Shown here one piece after another: positions 1 to 9,433 of a DNA stretch of 64,000 nucleotides. Numbering within the stretch: position 1 is the first letter of the stretch; each line of letters starts with the position of its first letter. The stretch comes from Methanothermococcus sp. Ax23 (GTDB taxonomy: Archaea; AGJL01; Methanococci; Methanococcales; Methanococcaceae): contig NZ_CP157522.1 of the NCBI RefSeq assembly GCF_049075655.1, forward strand, positions 928,001-992,000, given 5' to 3'. The notes beneath the pieces are model-generated. The model worked only from the letters and a program-made list of their open reading frames with translations. It did no database searches and was not told the DNA's origin. The position numbers and the translations under genes were made by a program.

Positions 1-24
1 CGAAAAACCAAATTAGGTGAAATT

Positions 25-438
25 ATGGTTGTTATAGATGCAGAAAATGCAGTTGTTGGAAGATTGGCATCTTATGCGGCAAAGCTCGCGTTATCAGGGG
101 AAGAAGTTGTTATCGTAAATGCTGAAAAGGCAATAATGACAGGAAACAAAGAATATATATTTGAGAAATACACTCAAAAAAGAAATAGAAAAAGTATTAC
201 AAATCCTAGAAGAATGGGTCCAAAATATCCAAGAAGACCTGATGACATCGTAAGAAGAATTATAAGGGGAATGGTTCCATACAAAAAGCCAAAAGGAAGA
301 GATGCTTTTAAAAGAATTAAGGTTATGGTAGGAGCTCCGGAAGATGTAAATGTTGATGTAGTATTAAATGAAATGCCAAATACAAATAAATATGTAACAA
401 TTGGAGAACTTAGTAAATACTTGGGAGCTAAATTCTAA
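25..438 (+). CDS. rpl13: 50S ribosomal protein L13 (uL13)
   Basis: IDAENAVVGRLAS and P..PDDIVRRIIRGM motifs; followed by S9. Confidence 0.97.
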   Translation: MVVIDAENAVVGRLASYAAKLALSGEEVVIVNAEKAIMTGNKEYIFEKYTQKRNRKSITNPRRMGPKYPRRPDDIVRRIIRGMVPYKKPKGRDAFKRIKVMVGAPEDVNVDVVLNEMPNTNKYVTIGELSKYLGAKF

Positions 439-451
439 TTGAGGTGATTAG

Positions 452-856
452 GTGAAAGTAATTCATACAGTAGGTAAGAGAAAAACCGCTATTGCAAGAG
501 CCACTGCAAAGGAAGGTAAAGGCAGAATCAGAATAAACAAAAAACCAATAGAAATAATTGAACCAAAATACATTAATGCAAAATTGATGGAGCCTGTAAT
601 ATTAGCGGGAGATGCTATTAATGGTATAGACATTGATATTACAGTTAAAGGTGGAGGTATTGCTGGTCAAATGGATGCAGCAAGAACTGCCTTAGGTAAA
701 GCAATTGTGGAATATACTGGAAGCATGGAGATAAAAGAGAGATATTTAGAATATGACAGAACCATTCTTGTTAGCGATGCAAGAAGAACAGAGCCACACA
801 AACCAAGTAAATCCACAAAAGGTCCAAGAGCTAAGAGACAGAAATCATACAGATAA
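452..856 (+). CDS. rps9: 30S ribosomal protein S9 (uS9)
   Basis: [10 protein letters not shown] and C-terminal RAKRQKSYR; GTG start after GAGGTGA RBS. Confidence 0.97.
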   Translation: MKVIHTVGKRKTAIARATAKEGKGRIRINKKPIEIIEPKYINAKLMEPVILAGDAINGIDIDITVKGGGIAGQMDAARTALGKAIVEYTGSMEIKERYLEYDRTILVSDARRTEPHKPSKSTKGPRAKRQKSYR

Positions 857-958
857 ATTTATAATTTTTTTATTATTATCTATTTTGAGTATCGCATTAA
901 ATAGAAAAATGAGAGATTTTGAGAGTATTGTTATTTCATACCCATTTGGTGATATATT

Positions 959-1168
959 ATGGTAATGTTTCCAATTAGATGTTTTTCATGTGGTAATGTA
1001 ATATCAGAAGTATATGATGAGTATATTTCACGATTAAAAGATGGGGAAAAACCTGACGAAATATTGGATGATTTGGGAATTAAAAAATACTGTTGTAGAA
1101 GGATGTTTATATCCCACAGGGTAGATAAAGACGGCAGGGAATTGTTCGATGATATTATGGAATATTAA
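959..1168 (+). CDS. rpoN: DNA-directed RNA polymerase subunit N (Rpo10)
   Basis: PIRCFSCG...YCCRRM zinc motif; conserved position after rps9. Confidence 0.96.
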   Translation: MVMFPIRCFSCGNVISEVYDEYISRLKDGEKPDEILDDLGIKKYCCRRMFISHRVDKDGRELFDDIMEY

Positions 1169-1193
1169 TTTAAATATATCATATTTACTTATT

Positions 1194-1271
1194 GGGACTG
1201 TGGGGTAGCCTGGTCCATCCTGTGCGTCTGGGGGGCGTGCAACCCGAGTTCAAATCTCGGCAGTCCCACCA
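1194..1271 (+). tRNA. tRNA-Pro (GGG), CCA encoded
   Basis: Acceptor stem GGGACTG/CAGTCCC, anticodon loop CT-GGG-GG, TTCAAAT T-loop, ends ACCA. Confidence 0.93.
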
Positions 1272-1312
1272 TTTATTTCTAATTATTTATTATATTTCAA
1301 AATACATAGGTT

Positions 1313-1399
1313 CCAAGTTCCACGAAGTGGGACTTGGACTTTGGGTAGCATCCTTTTTTAAAGGATGCGTTTGAATCTAAGCAGTCCCACCATTTATTT
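1313..1399 (+). repeat. Degenerate tRNA-Pro-like duplicate with two hairpins
   Basis: GCAGTCCCACCATTTATTT at 1381-1399 is identical to 1260-1278; hairpins at 1313-1337 and 1348-1368. Confidence 0.6.
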
Positions 1400-1491
1400 A
1401 CTCATCATTTATTTATTACACATATTTAATTTATTAGATATTATTATAGTAAAAAATAATATAACGTAAAAAATAAAAAAGCGTGATTCTG

Positions 1492-1683
1492 ATGAAATGC
1501 ACAAAATTTGAAAAGGCGAGACTAATTGGTGCAAGGTCTTTGCAGATTTCTAATGGGGCTTTTTTGACCATAGATGCAGAAAAACAATCCTCATTGGACA
1601 TTGCTATGGAAGAATTTGAAAAGGGAAAAATTCCATTAAAAGTTAAAGCTAACAAAACAATTAAAGATTTCCACCGCATTTAA
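1492..1683 (+). CDS. rpoK: DNA-directed RNA polymerase subunit K (Rpo6)
   Basis: TKFEKARLIGARSLQIS motif; ATG at 1492 preferred over GTG at 1483. Confidence 0.95.
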   Translation: MKCTKFEKARLIGARSLQISNGAFLTIDAEKQSSLDIAMEEFEKGKIPLKVKANKTIKDFHRI

Positions 1684-1730
1684 TTCATGATTATAAAATA
1701 TTTTCTTCTTAAAATATGTAGGGGATTTTT

Positions 1731-2690
1731 GTGGAAGATGAGACCACTATTGAAAGAATTACTGCAAAAAAAGTTTTTAAAAATTCAAAAATAAGTGTAA
1801 AAATAACAACATTAACAAGGACTGGAATAGGTTATGATATTATAGATGTAGAAAATCCTGATTATGTTGTTTCAGATATAGAAAACATAATCGCACCTGA
1901 GCTCGTAGGGTATCCTGCATCTGACCAAGATTTTATGGATTCAATTATATGTGGCACATCCGTTGATAATCCAAATATCACCATGGGAGTTTCCATAAGC
2001 ATATCAAGAGCTGCGGCAAATAGTATCGGCATGCCTTTGTTTAGATATGTTGGAGGTTCTTTATCTACGGAATTGCCTGTTGTAGGCTGTTCTCTTTTAA
2101 CGGATAATAGCAACGAATTAATAGCCATACCTATGGCTGAATCCATTGATGAAATGATAACCTGCTATGAAAAAATACTATCGGAGCTCTCTTCCAAATA
2201 CGATACAGTAAATATTTATGGGAAGTGTGTATGCAACAATATTTTTGATGAATTAGATAATTTCAAATTTATATTAAATGATATAGCGGAAGAAGAGGAT
2301 GTTAAAATACTTGTAGGAGCTTCAATATATGAGTATGAATATGCCGAAAATCAAGATATTTATGAAAGAATTTCTAGTTTAGACTATTTAGAAAGCCCTG
2401 AAATCGTGGAATTTGATGGCACACTTGCCATAGATGGCATTGATGAAGCAGCCGATTTTTCTAAAATAGAGCCATATACAATGGGGACATTAACTGAAAT
2501 GTACCACTATATAAATTATATATTGGACAAAGGACTGACCCCTATAATTATGAGCAATAATACTTCATTTTCACATATTGCAGTAGGACTAAGGGTGCCA
2601 TTTTTAAGGAGCAATATCAATTCAAATGTTTTAAATGAGTTGTGGGATATTGAAAGGATATTGAATAATCCAAATGTAAATAGATTTTAG
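1731..2690 (+). CDS. Enolase-like protein, truncated and probably non-catalytic paralog
   Basis: Enolase N-terminal features (IENIIAPELVG, GVSISISRAAA, PLFRYVGG); only 319 aa and lacks the SHRSGET motif; occupies the eno position after rpoK. Confidence 0.75.
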   Translation: MEDETTIERITAKKVFKNSKISVKITTLTRTGIGYDIIDVENPDYVVSDIENIIAPELVGYPASDQDFMDSIICGTSVDNPNITMGVSISISRAAANSIGMPLFRYVGGSLSTELPVVGCSLLTDNSNELIAIPMAESIDEMITCYEKILSELSSKYDTVNIYGKCVCNNIFDELDNFKFILNDIAEEEDVKILVGASIYEYEYAENQDIYERISSLDYLESPEIVEFDGTLAIDGIDEAADFSKIEPYTMGTLTEMYHYINYILDKGLTPIIMSNNTSFSHIAVGLRVPFLRSNINSNVLNELWDIERILNNPNVNRF

Positions 2691-2780
2691 TGGAATAAGA
2701 AAACAAAAAAATATAAATACTGTATATATTATATAGGAAATATATTTCCTAACTTAATTTAATATTAAGAGGTGAATCTT

Positions 2781-2969
2781 ATGAGCGTAGTAATTGATTA
2801 TAATAAATGCGAAGGTCCAGAATGTGCAGAATGCGTAAATGCATGTCCAATGGAAGTATTTGAAATTCAAGATAATAAAGTTGTAGTAGCTAGGGAAGAT
2901 GAATGCACTTTTTGCATGGTATGTGAGGATGTATGCCCAGCAGGTGCAGTAAAAGTTAAAGAAGATTAA
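2781..2969 (+). CDS. 2x[4Fe-4S] ferredoxin
   Basis: CxxxxCxxCxxxCP and CxxCxxCxxxCP motifs. Confidence 0.93.
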   Translation: MSVVIDYNKCEGPECAECVNACPMEVFEIQDNKVVVAREDECTFCMVCEDVCPAGAVKVKED

Positions 2970-3055
2970 GATTAATTTTATTATTTTATCAATTTTATAA
3001 TAATATTTTTCAATTATTTTAATGTAAGCATACAATACCTATCATACTAATAATA

Positions 3056-3322
3056 TTATTCTTTTTCCTCTGTTTTAACCCCTTCCATTTCATCTAGGGC
3101 ATCAAATAATTCTTCCCAAGTATCTAGACTTATTTTTGCATCTTCTTCACTCATAACCTCTAAGGCATATCCAGTATGTATAAGTATATAATCCCCTATA
3201 TTCACATTTTCAAGAAGTGCAAGTTTTGCCTTTTGTTTAACCCCTTTATATTCTGCTATAGCATATTTTTCTCCATCTTCTTCATATATTTCTATAACTT
3301 TGCAAGGTATTGCCAAACACAT
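3056..3322 (-). CDS. hypC: Hydrogenase maturation chaperone HypC
   Basis: MCLAIP N-terminus; [11 protein letters not shown]. Confidence 0.96.
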   Translation of the reverse strand: MCLAIPCKVIEIYEEDGEKYAIAEYKGVKQKAKLALLENVNIGDYILIHTGYALEVMSEEDAKISLDTWEELFDALDEMEGVKTEEKE

Positions 3323-3378
3323 GATATAATCACCAAAATAAGATAATATGAGTATTATAATTATTATTAATGATAATT

Positions 3379-3900
3379 CTATAAATGTATATAGCTTAGA
3401 ATATATTTAAAAATATCGGACATATTTGTAGAGCCCCATAACGCAAAGGGTAATATAATTAAACCGTGTTTTATTATCCTACTTAAAAATACTGCAAATA
3501 TGTATCTTTTAAATGGCATTTCAAAAGCACCGCAGACCCAACACATGATTTCAAATGGCAATGGTGTAAAGCTTATAACTATAAACCCTATAACTCCATA
3601 TTTTTTAAAAAAATTTTCTCCCTTTCTATAATCTTCTTCACTAAATAATTTTAGTGCCAATTTTTCTCCATATTTGGATGCCAAATAATAGGTAATTATA
3701 GACCCAGCAATAGTGCCAAATGCACCGGCAAGTAGCACATATTTCCAGTCAAGACCGAGTGCTATTCCTGCTATCATGAATATTTCTGTTGGCAATGGTT
3801 GAAATATTGGTTCTGAAAATCCTATTAAAAATATGCCCAATATTCCATATTCATTAACAAGTTTAAACCCGATGGTTTTGAATATTTCAAAGTTTATCAT
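3379..3900 (-). CDS. DedA/YqaA (VTT domain) membrane protein
   Basis: Hydrophobic; FQPLPTE and TPLPF motifs. Confidence 0.85.
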   Translation of the reverse strand: MINFEIFKTIGFKLVNEYGILGIFLIGFSEPIFQPLPTEIFMIAGIALGLDWKYVLLAGAFGTIAGSIITYYLASKYGEKLALKLFSEEDYRKGENFFKKYGVIGFIVISFTPLPFEIMCWVCGAFEMPFKRYIFAVFLSRIIKHGLIILPFALWGSTNMSDIFKYILSYIHL

Positions 3901-3961
3901 ATTTCTCCTTTTTGTATAATTTTAAAATACTTATATATAAATATATATTTAAATTATTATG

Positions 3962-5179
3962 TTATCTAAACACCTTATAAAATGGGTCTGTTGAAGGGTG
4001 TATTTCTACAAAATCCCTATAAACATCAATTCCCTTTAAATATTGTGCAAAATATGGTATTATCTCCATTGATGGAGACATGGATATAGCACCAACTACT
4101 TTATTACTTTCATAATATATTTTATTTATCCCAATATGGTTTGAAACTCTGAAAAAATCTCCTTTCCCAACACTGTTTGGAATTATTTTATAATTATCTG
4201 TCTGTTTTCCAACATAGGAGATATTTAAATCCATTCTTATGGTGCGAGGTATAAAGTCGTATTTTGGTTTTATAAGTGGTTTATTGTTTAATTCATTGTA
4301 TATATTTTCAGCTACAACCCTACCTTCCATTCTTGCAATTGGAGTGATTCCGCCTTTTCCAACAACACAATCTCCACAGGCATAAATATTTTTTTCTATT
4401 TTATTGGTTTTATTTTCTTCTGTGTTAATTACTCTCATATATTCATCTGTTTCGAATCTCGGTTTTCCACCAACTGCAAGTATTTTTGTATAATCATCAT
4501 TATTTAATAGTCTGTTTAATTCGTTATTGTCATTTGTAATTCTGAAATCAATAAATTTATAAATATACTGTCTGATGTCGTCGTCTTCAATCATCTTTAA
4601 GAATTTAGAACGAACATATACAACAACTTCACTTCCAAAGTTTGAAAATATCGATGCATACTCTGCGGCAACTGTTCCTCCACCGATTATAAGTATCTTT
4701 TCAGGGAGCTCCTCCAAATTTACAATATCGTAATAACCCAAACATTTTATCCCGTTGTATTCTGAGGTATATATCTTTCCATTGGTATAAACTACATAAT
4801 CATAGTTGTTTGTATATTCATCTTTAAATTCCTTATAGTGTATATTTATACCGAGCTCCTTTACTTCACTTTCAAGTTTTATTCTTATTTTATTTTGAAT
4901 ATCTGAAATCTTTTTTTGAAGTTCTTTAAATGAAATAATATCTTCTAAAACTATTTTTTTATTATTGTCATTTTTATTATTTTTTATCAAATTCAAATTA
5001 TTTATTATATCTGCCATTTCTCGTAATCCCGTTATGTATGTGCAACCATAATTTAGGCAGGTTCCCCCGATTTTATTTTTTTCATAAACATCGACGTCAA
5101 AGCCTTTTTTTGCCAATTCAACAGCACAGGATTTTCCAGCAGGACCGCACCCCACAATAGCTATTTTTATACCCTCCAT
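3962..5179 (-). CDS. FAD-dependent pyridine nucleotide-disulfide oxidoreductase (dihydrolipoamide dehydrogenase-like)
   Basis: GCGPAG Rossmann motif, GGTCLNYGC redox disulfide, IIGGG, YACGD, C-terminal HPST. Confidence 0.85.
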   Translation of the reverse strand: MEGIKIAIVGCGPAGKSCAVELAKKGFDVDVYEKNKIGGTCLNYGCTYITGLREMADIINNLNLIKNNKNDNNKKIVLEDIISFKELQKKISDIQNKIRIKLESEVKELGINIHYKEFKDEYTNNYDYVVYTNGKIYTSEYNGIKCLGYYDIVNLEELPEKILIIGGGTVAAEYASIFSNFGSEVVVYVRSKFLKMIEDDDIRQYIYKFIDFRITNDNNELNRLLNNDDYTKILAVGGKPRFETDEYMRVINTEENKTNKIEKNIYACGDCVVGKGGITPIARMEGRVVAENIYNELNNKPLIKPKYDFIPRTIRMDLNISYVGKQTDNYKIIPNSVGKGDFFRVSNHIGINKIYYESNKVVGAISMSPSMEIIPYFAQYLKGIDVYRDFVEIHPSTDPFYKVFR

Positions 5180-5317
5180 ATTTTCACCACATGTTTATTA
5201 ACAAAGTATTAACAATAATTTATTATAGTATCTACATATTTATAATGATTATAGATTTTATAATAATTATTTAATAATAAAAAATTAAAAATAATAAAAA
5301 GCAATTAAAGTGATTAT

Positions 5318-6523
5318 ATGCACCCAACAAAGAAATTAAAAGGTTTAAAATCAAAATTACTCGATGGAAAAAAAATATTGGTTGTAGTATCTTCATCAAT
5401 AGCCGCAATAGAAACTCCCAAGTTAATGAGGGAGCTCATACGACACGGTGCAGAAGTATATTGCATAGCCACGGAAGAGACTAAAAAGATTATTGGAGAA
5501 TATTCATTGGAATTCGGCTGTGGAAATAAGGTATGCTACGACATCACGGGAAGTATAGAGCATGTGATGCTATACGATATATGCGATGCTATGGTAATAT
5601 ATCCAGCTACTGCAAATATAATAAGTAAAATATCCCTAAATATTGCAGATAATATTGTAAATACAACCGCCACAATGTTTTTTGAAAAGAAACCCATATT
5701 TATCGTTCCAGCAATGCACCAGAATATGCTTGACACAATAGACAATCACTTAACCAATCTAGAAAATAAAAAAAATATATACATCGTATCTCCAAAGATG
5801 GAAGAGGAAAAGGCAAAAGTTCCGTCCATTGAAGATGTTGTATTGGATGTGATTGAAAAATTAAGCTGGAAAAATAATAATAACAACAATAAAAACAAAA
5901 GCAAAAAGGTTTTAATACTATCCGGCGGAACTGCTGAATTTATAGATAAAGTTAGAGTGATAAGCAATTTATCTTCTGGAAAAACGGGATATTTACTTGC
6001 AGAGGCATTTTGTAGAGATGGATTTGATGTGGAGGTAATCCATGCTCTTGGAAAAGAACCGCCATATTATGTAAAATCTCACAAAGTCCTTACAGCAAAG
6101 GAAATGCTAAATAAGGCACTTGAACTTGGAAAGGATGCAGACATAATTATATCCTGCGCCGCAATATCTGACTTTACACCAGAAGAACAGATTGAAGGAA
6201 AAATTAAATCAGATAGGGATGTTGTAATAAAATTAAAAAGAAATCCAAAAGTATTGGCTGAGCTCAGAAAGGCATTTCCAGATAAAATTATAGTTGGATT
6301 TAAAGCAGAGTATGGACTGGAAAAAGAGGAGTTGGTGGATATTGCTACAAAAAAATTAAAAGAATATAATTTAAATTTTATTGTGGCAAATGACTTATCT
6401 AAACATTATTTTGGAGATGACTACAACGAAGTAATATTAATAGGTAAAGACAAATTAAAAGAATTTAAGGGAAAAAAATCGGAGATTATGGAAAAGATTA
6501 AAGATGAAATAATAAAAAATTGA
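5318..6523 (+). CDS. coaBC: Bifunctional phosphopantothenoylcysteine decarboxylase/synthetase
   Basis: PATANIISK, PAMH, GGTAEFIDKVRVISNLSSGK, VGFKAE, VAND motifs. Confidence 0.95.
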   Translation: MHPTKKLKGLKSKLLDGKKILVVVSSSIAAIETPKLMRELIRHGAEVYCIATEETKKIIGEYSLEFGCGNKVCYDITGSIEHVMLYDICDAMVIYPATANIISKISLNIADNIVNTTATMFFEKKPIFIVPAMHQNMLDTIDNHLTNLENKKNIYIVSPKMEEEKAKVPSIEDVVLDVIEKLSWKNNNNNNKNKSKKVLILSGGTAEFIDKVRVISNLSSGKTGYLLAEAFCRDGFDVEVIHALGKEPPYYVKSHKVLTAKEMLNKALELGKDADIIISCAAISDFTPEEQIEGKIKSDRDVVIKLKRNPKVLAELRKAFPDKIIVGFKAEYGLEKEELVDIATKKLKEYNLNFIVANDLSKHYFGDDYNEVILIGKDKLKEFKGKKSEIMEKIKDEIIKN

Positions 6524-6587
6524 AATAAAATATAAACAATATATTACATAGTATAATAAAATAAATAAAATAATAAACGGTGAAACT

Positions 6588-7523
6588 GTGAAAAACATAG
6601 GAATTGGATTATTTGGTGATTTTAAAGATGCAGGAAAGAACTTGGGAAAAAAAGGGACTTCAACAGACATTACATTGTATAATTACAAACAGGGAGATGA
6701 TGCAGTATTCTTTGTAGAACCCACCAAATACCCTGAGAAAATCACACCATTAATATATGCTATAAATATGATGGATTATGCCTTGGTGTTCGTTGATGAG
6801 ATTAAGCCAGAACTCGCAGAGACACTACTTGCATTGGATATGATGGGCGTAGAAAAAGGCTCTTTTGTTGTTGGTGAGTATGTGGATGTCGAGCAGTTGA
6901 AGGCGATAATCTCAAACACTTCAATGAAAAATTTTGAAATTAGGGAAAAGGATTATATCAGAATAAGGGAAGATATGGTGGCACTTCCGCAGGAAATGGC
7001 GGGAGAACCAGATAATAGCTTTGTAAAGATACCGATAGACCACTTTTTCACAGTAAGGAGTGTCGGGACTGTTATATTGGGAAGAGTAAAAAAGGGAACG
7101 GTAAAAATCCACGATAATTTAAGAGTTTATCCAACGGAAAACAAAGCAATGGTAAGAAGCATACAGGTAAATGATAAAAACTACGACGAAGCTCCAACAT
7201 TTTCAAGAGTTGGGCTTGCATTGAAGGGAGTAAAATCCGAAGAATTGGAAAGAGGCATGATTTTATCAGATGGTGATTTAAAAGTATCCGATGAAATTAC
7301 ACTTAATATGAAATGGAATCCATACTCTAAAAAGGAGCTCAGCGTTGGTGAGGGTTATCAAATAGCAATTGGATTGCAAACCATAAGCTGTAAGGTAATG
7401 GAAAAAGAAGGGGATACAATTAAATTAAAATTAATCAAACCAGCAGTTTATGAATCAGGAGATAAGGCAGTTCTTTTGGACGGAAGTGCAAAAATAAGAA
7501 TATTGGGAGTTTCAGAGTTATAA
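6588..7523 (+). CDS. Archaeal SelB-like (aSelBL) / EF-Tu domain II-III protein with degenerate G domain
   Basis: IDHFFTVRSVGTVILG and VRSIQ...RVGLALKG beta-barrel motifs; GKKGTSTDITLYN N-terminus; no P-loop. Confidence 0.8.
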   Translation: MKNIGIGLFGDFKDAGKNLGKKGTSTDITLYNYKQGDDAVFFVEPTKYPEKITPLIYAINMMDYALVFVDEIKPELAETLLALDMMGVEKGSFVVGEYVDVEQLKAIISNTSMKNFEIREKDYIRIREDMVALPQEMAGEPDNSFVKIPIDHFFTVRSVGTVILGRVKKGTVKIHDNLRVYPTENKAMVRSIQVNDKNYDEAPTFSRVGLALKGVKSEELERGMILSDGDLKVSDEITLNMKWNPYSKKELSVGEGYQIAIGLQTISCKVMEKEGDTIKLKLIKPAVYESGDKAVLLDGSAKIRILGVSEL

Positions 7524-7699
7524 ATTTATATTTTTTTAGGAGCTCCCAAGGTTAATTTTATTTTATTTTTTTAGGATTTTTAATAGGATGGTGTATGAGT
7601 ATTGGCAGAAAATTAAACATAAAATAAAATTAAGTTATTAAAAATAAAACTAAATAAAAGAGAATAGGATAATATATAGGTTGATATAGTTTAATATTA

Positions 7700-9322
7700 T
7701 TATTTTATCTCAACCTTGGCATTTAAAAATACTGGACCTCTTATATCTATTACTTTATTATTTCCCATTATCTGTTTTAAAGCCAATTCATCTATTTTTA
7801 AATTTACATCGCTTAAACTTCTTACAATTGGGATTCTTATTTTCAACTCCTTGGTGTTTGAAATAAGTGCCTCTTCTATCTTTGAGGTTATTTTAAAGCA
7901 TAATGAGTCAATATATTTTATATTTGTAGGAACACCGTGTTCTTTTGCATCTTTGAGAAGTTTTATATATTCCTCTTTAACACCCTCAAATGATTCTGGA
8001 ACGCCCAGTATATTTCCATCAAATACATAGATTTCATTTAATATTGAAGGACCAAGGAGTTTTTTACCTTCTTCTTTTTCAAATAATGTTATCTTTATGG
8101 TTTTTTCTGCGTTGTAGAATTTTATTTTCTTTTCAACTTTAACCTCGCATGGTGAGCTCTTATCCTTATTTTTTATGCAGGTATCTATTAAATCGTATGT
8201 TAAATTATACAATTCATCTGTAATTGGGACTTTATCAACTTTAACCATATGGGCTATATCCCTATCGCTTAAAATATTCTCATAGAACTGAGGATAAACC
8301 ATTTTCCTTACATCGTCGTAGTTATGGGTAATCATTGCAAGTCTTTCAACACCAAGTCCTAAATTCATCACCGGAACATCGATATTGTATTTACTCAGTG
8401 CAATAGGAGAATATACTCCAAATGTTGCAACTTCAAGCCATTCCTTTAATTTAGGATGGTATGCATAAACTTCTGTCTGTGTTTCTGGTGTGTAGTATTT
8501 GCTTTTTTTCTCATCAGGTCTAAATTGGAATTTTGTAAATCCAAACTGGGATAAAAGCCCTTCTGCAACAACCTTTCCATCATCAATAGTGACGTCTTCA
8601 CCTACTATTACGCAGGATGCAGAGTGATATGTCATTAAATGACTTTTATCCTCTTTCTGCTCCCTTCTGAAACATCTATCTATTGAAAACAACTTAAACG
8701 GTAAAGGTTTTTTATTTATGAGCTCCGATAATGTTATGAACCATCCAGATGTCATGTGGCTTCTTAGGGTGAGAGTTAATGCTTCTGGGGTGAGCTCCTT
8801 AAATTCAGGGAATACTTCTTCCAATATTTTTAATCCCATTTCATTGGAGGTATTTAGTGCGTTCCCTATTTCAAATACTAAATCATCACCATCAAGGGTT
8901 CCCTTTTTATACTGGTGAAGGATTTTTCTTAAATTTTCCTTTTTTTCCTCGCTGTCTTTTATTTTTATTCCAAGTTTCTCAATTTTTTCGATTTTCTCAT
9001 TTCCTAAGCCCACATCTGGTCTTGGAAGCCCTGCTAAATAGAAGCACCTATCCAACACCGCCATTGCCTCAGGTCCAAACTGTTTATAAACATCTCTCTC
9101 ATCCACTATTACGGGGTTTATATACTCCTCAAATCCCATTCTTAAATATGCCTGCCTTAACTGTTCTATTGTGTCAATTACAGGGTGAGATTTTCCAAAC
9201 TCTGGTTTTATTCTAGGGTATTTTTTGTCGATATGCTTATTCGGTATGAGCTCCTTTGTTTCTCTCCATGCCTTTTCAAAATCCTTGTTAGCCATCTTTA
9301 AAATTTTCTTTGTGTCAAACAT
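7700..9322 (-). CDS. sepS: O-phosphoseryl-tRNA(Cys) synthetase
   Basis: TLRSHMTSGWF, CFRREQKED, MNLGLGVERLAM motifs. Confidence 0.97.
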   Translation of the reverse strand: MFDTKKILKMANKDFEKAWRETKELIPNKHIDKKYPRIKPEFGKSHPVIDTIEQLRQAYLRMGFEEYINPVIVDERDVYKQFGPEAMAVLDRCFYLAGLPRPDVGLGNEKIEKIEKLGIKIKDSEEKKENLRKILHQYKKGTLDGDDLVFEIGNALNTSNEMGLKILEEVFPEFKELTPEALTLTLRSHMTSGWFITLSELINKKPLPFKLFSIDRCFRREQKEDKSHLMTYHSASCVIVGEDVTIDDGKVVAEGLLSQFGFTKFQFRPDEKKSKYYTPETQTEVYAYHPKLKEWLEVATFGVYSPIALSKYNIDVPVMNLGLGVERLAMITHNYDDVRKMVYPQFYENILSDRDIAHMVKVDKVPITDELYNLTYDLIDTCIKNKDKSSPCEVKVEKKIKFYNAEKTIKITLFEKEEGKKLLGPSILNEIYVFDGNILGVPESFEGVKEEYIKLLKDAKEHGVPTNIKYIDSLCFKITSKIEEALISNTKELKIRIPIVRSLSDVNLKIDELALKQIMGNNKVIDIRGPVFLNAKVEIK

Positions 9323-9433
9323 TTTATCCTCTTTTTTCTTTTTATATCATTAACTTTTTTCTTAACTATTTTTAAATAAAATAAAATTATTTAAAATTAT
9401 ATGTTATGATGATGTTATTTATAGAAAAGCAAA

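Noticed and set aside
1192-1374. 60-aa ORF
   Set aside because: Overlaps tRNA-Pro; artefact of GC-rich RNA sequence.
5871-5900. Asn-rich run in coaBC (similar ones in GT4 and the radical SAM N-terminus)
   Set aside because: AAT/AAC microsatellite-type linker expansion common in AT-rich genomes.
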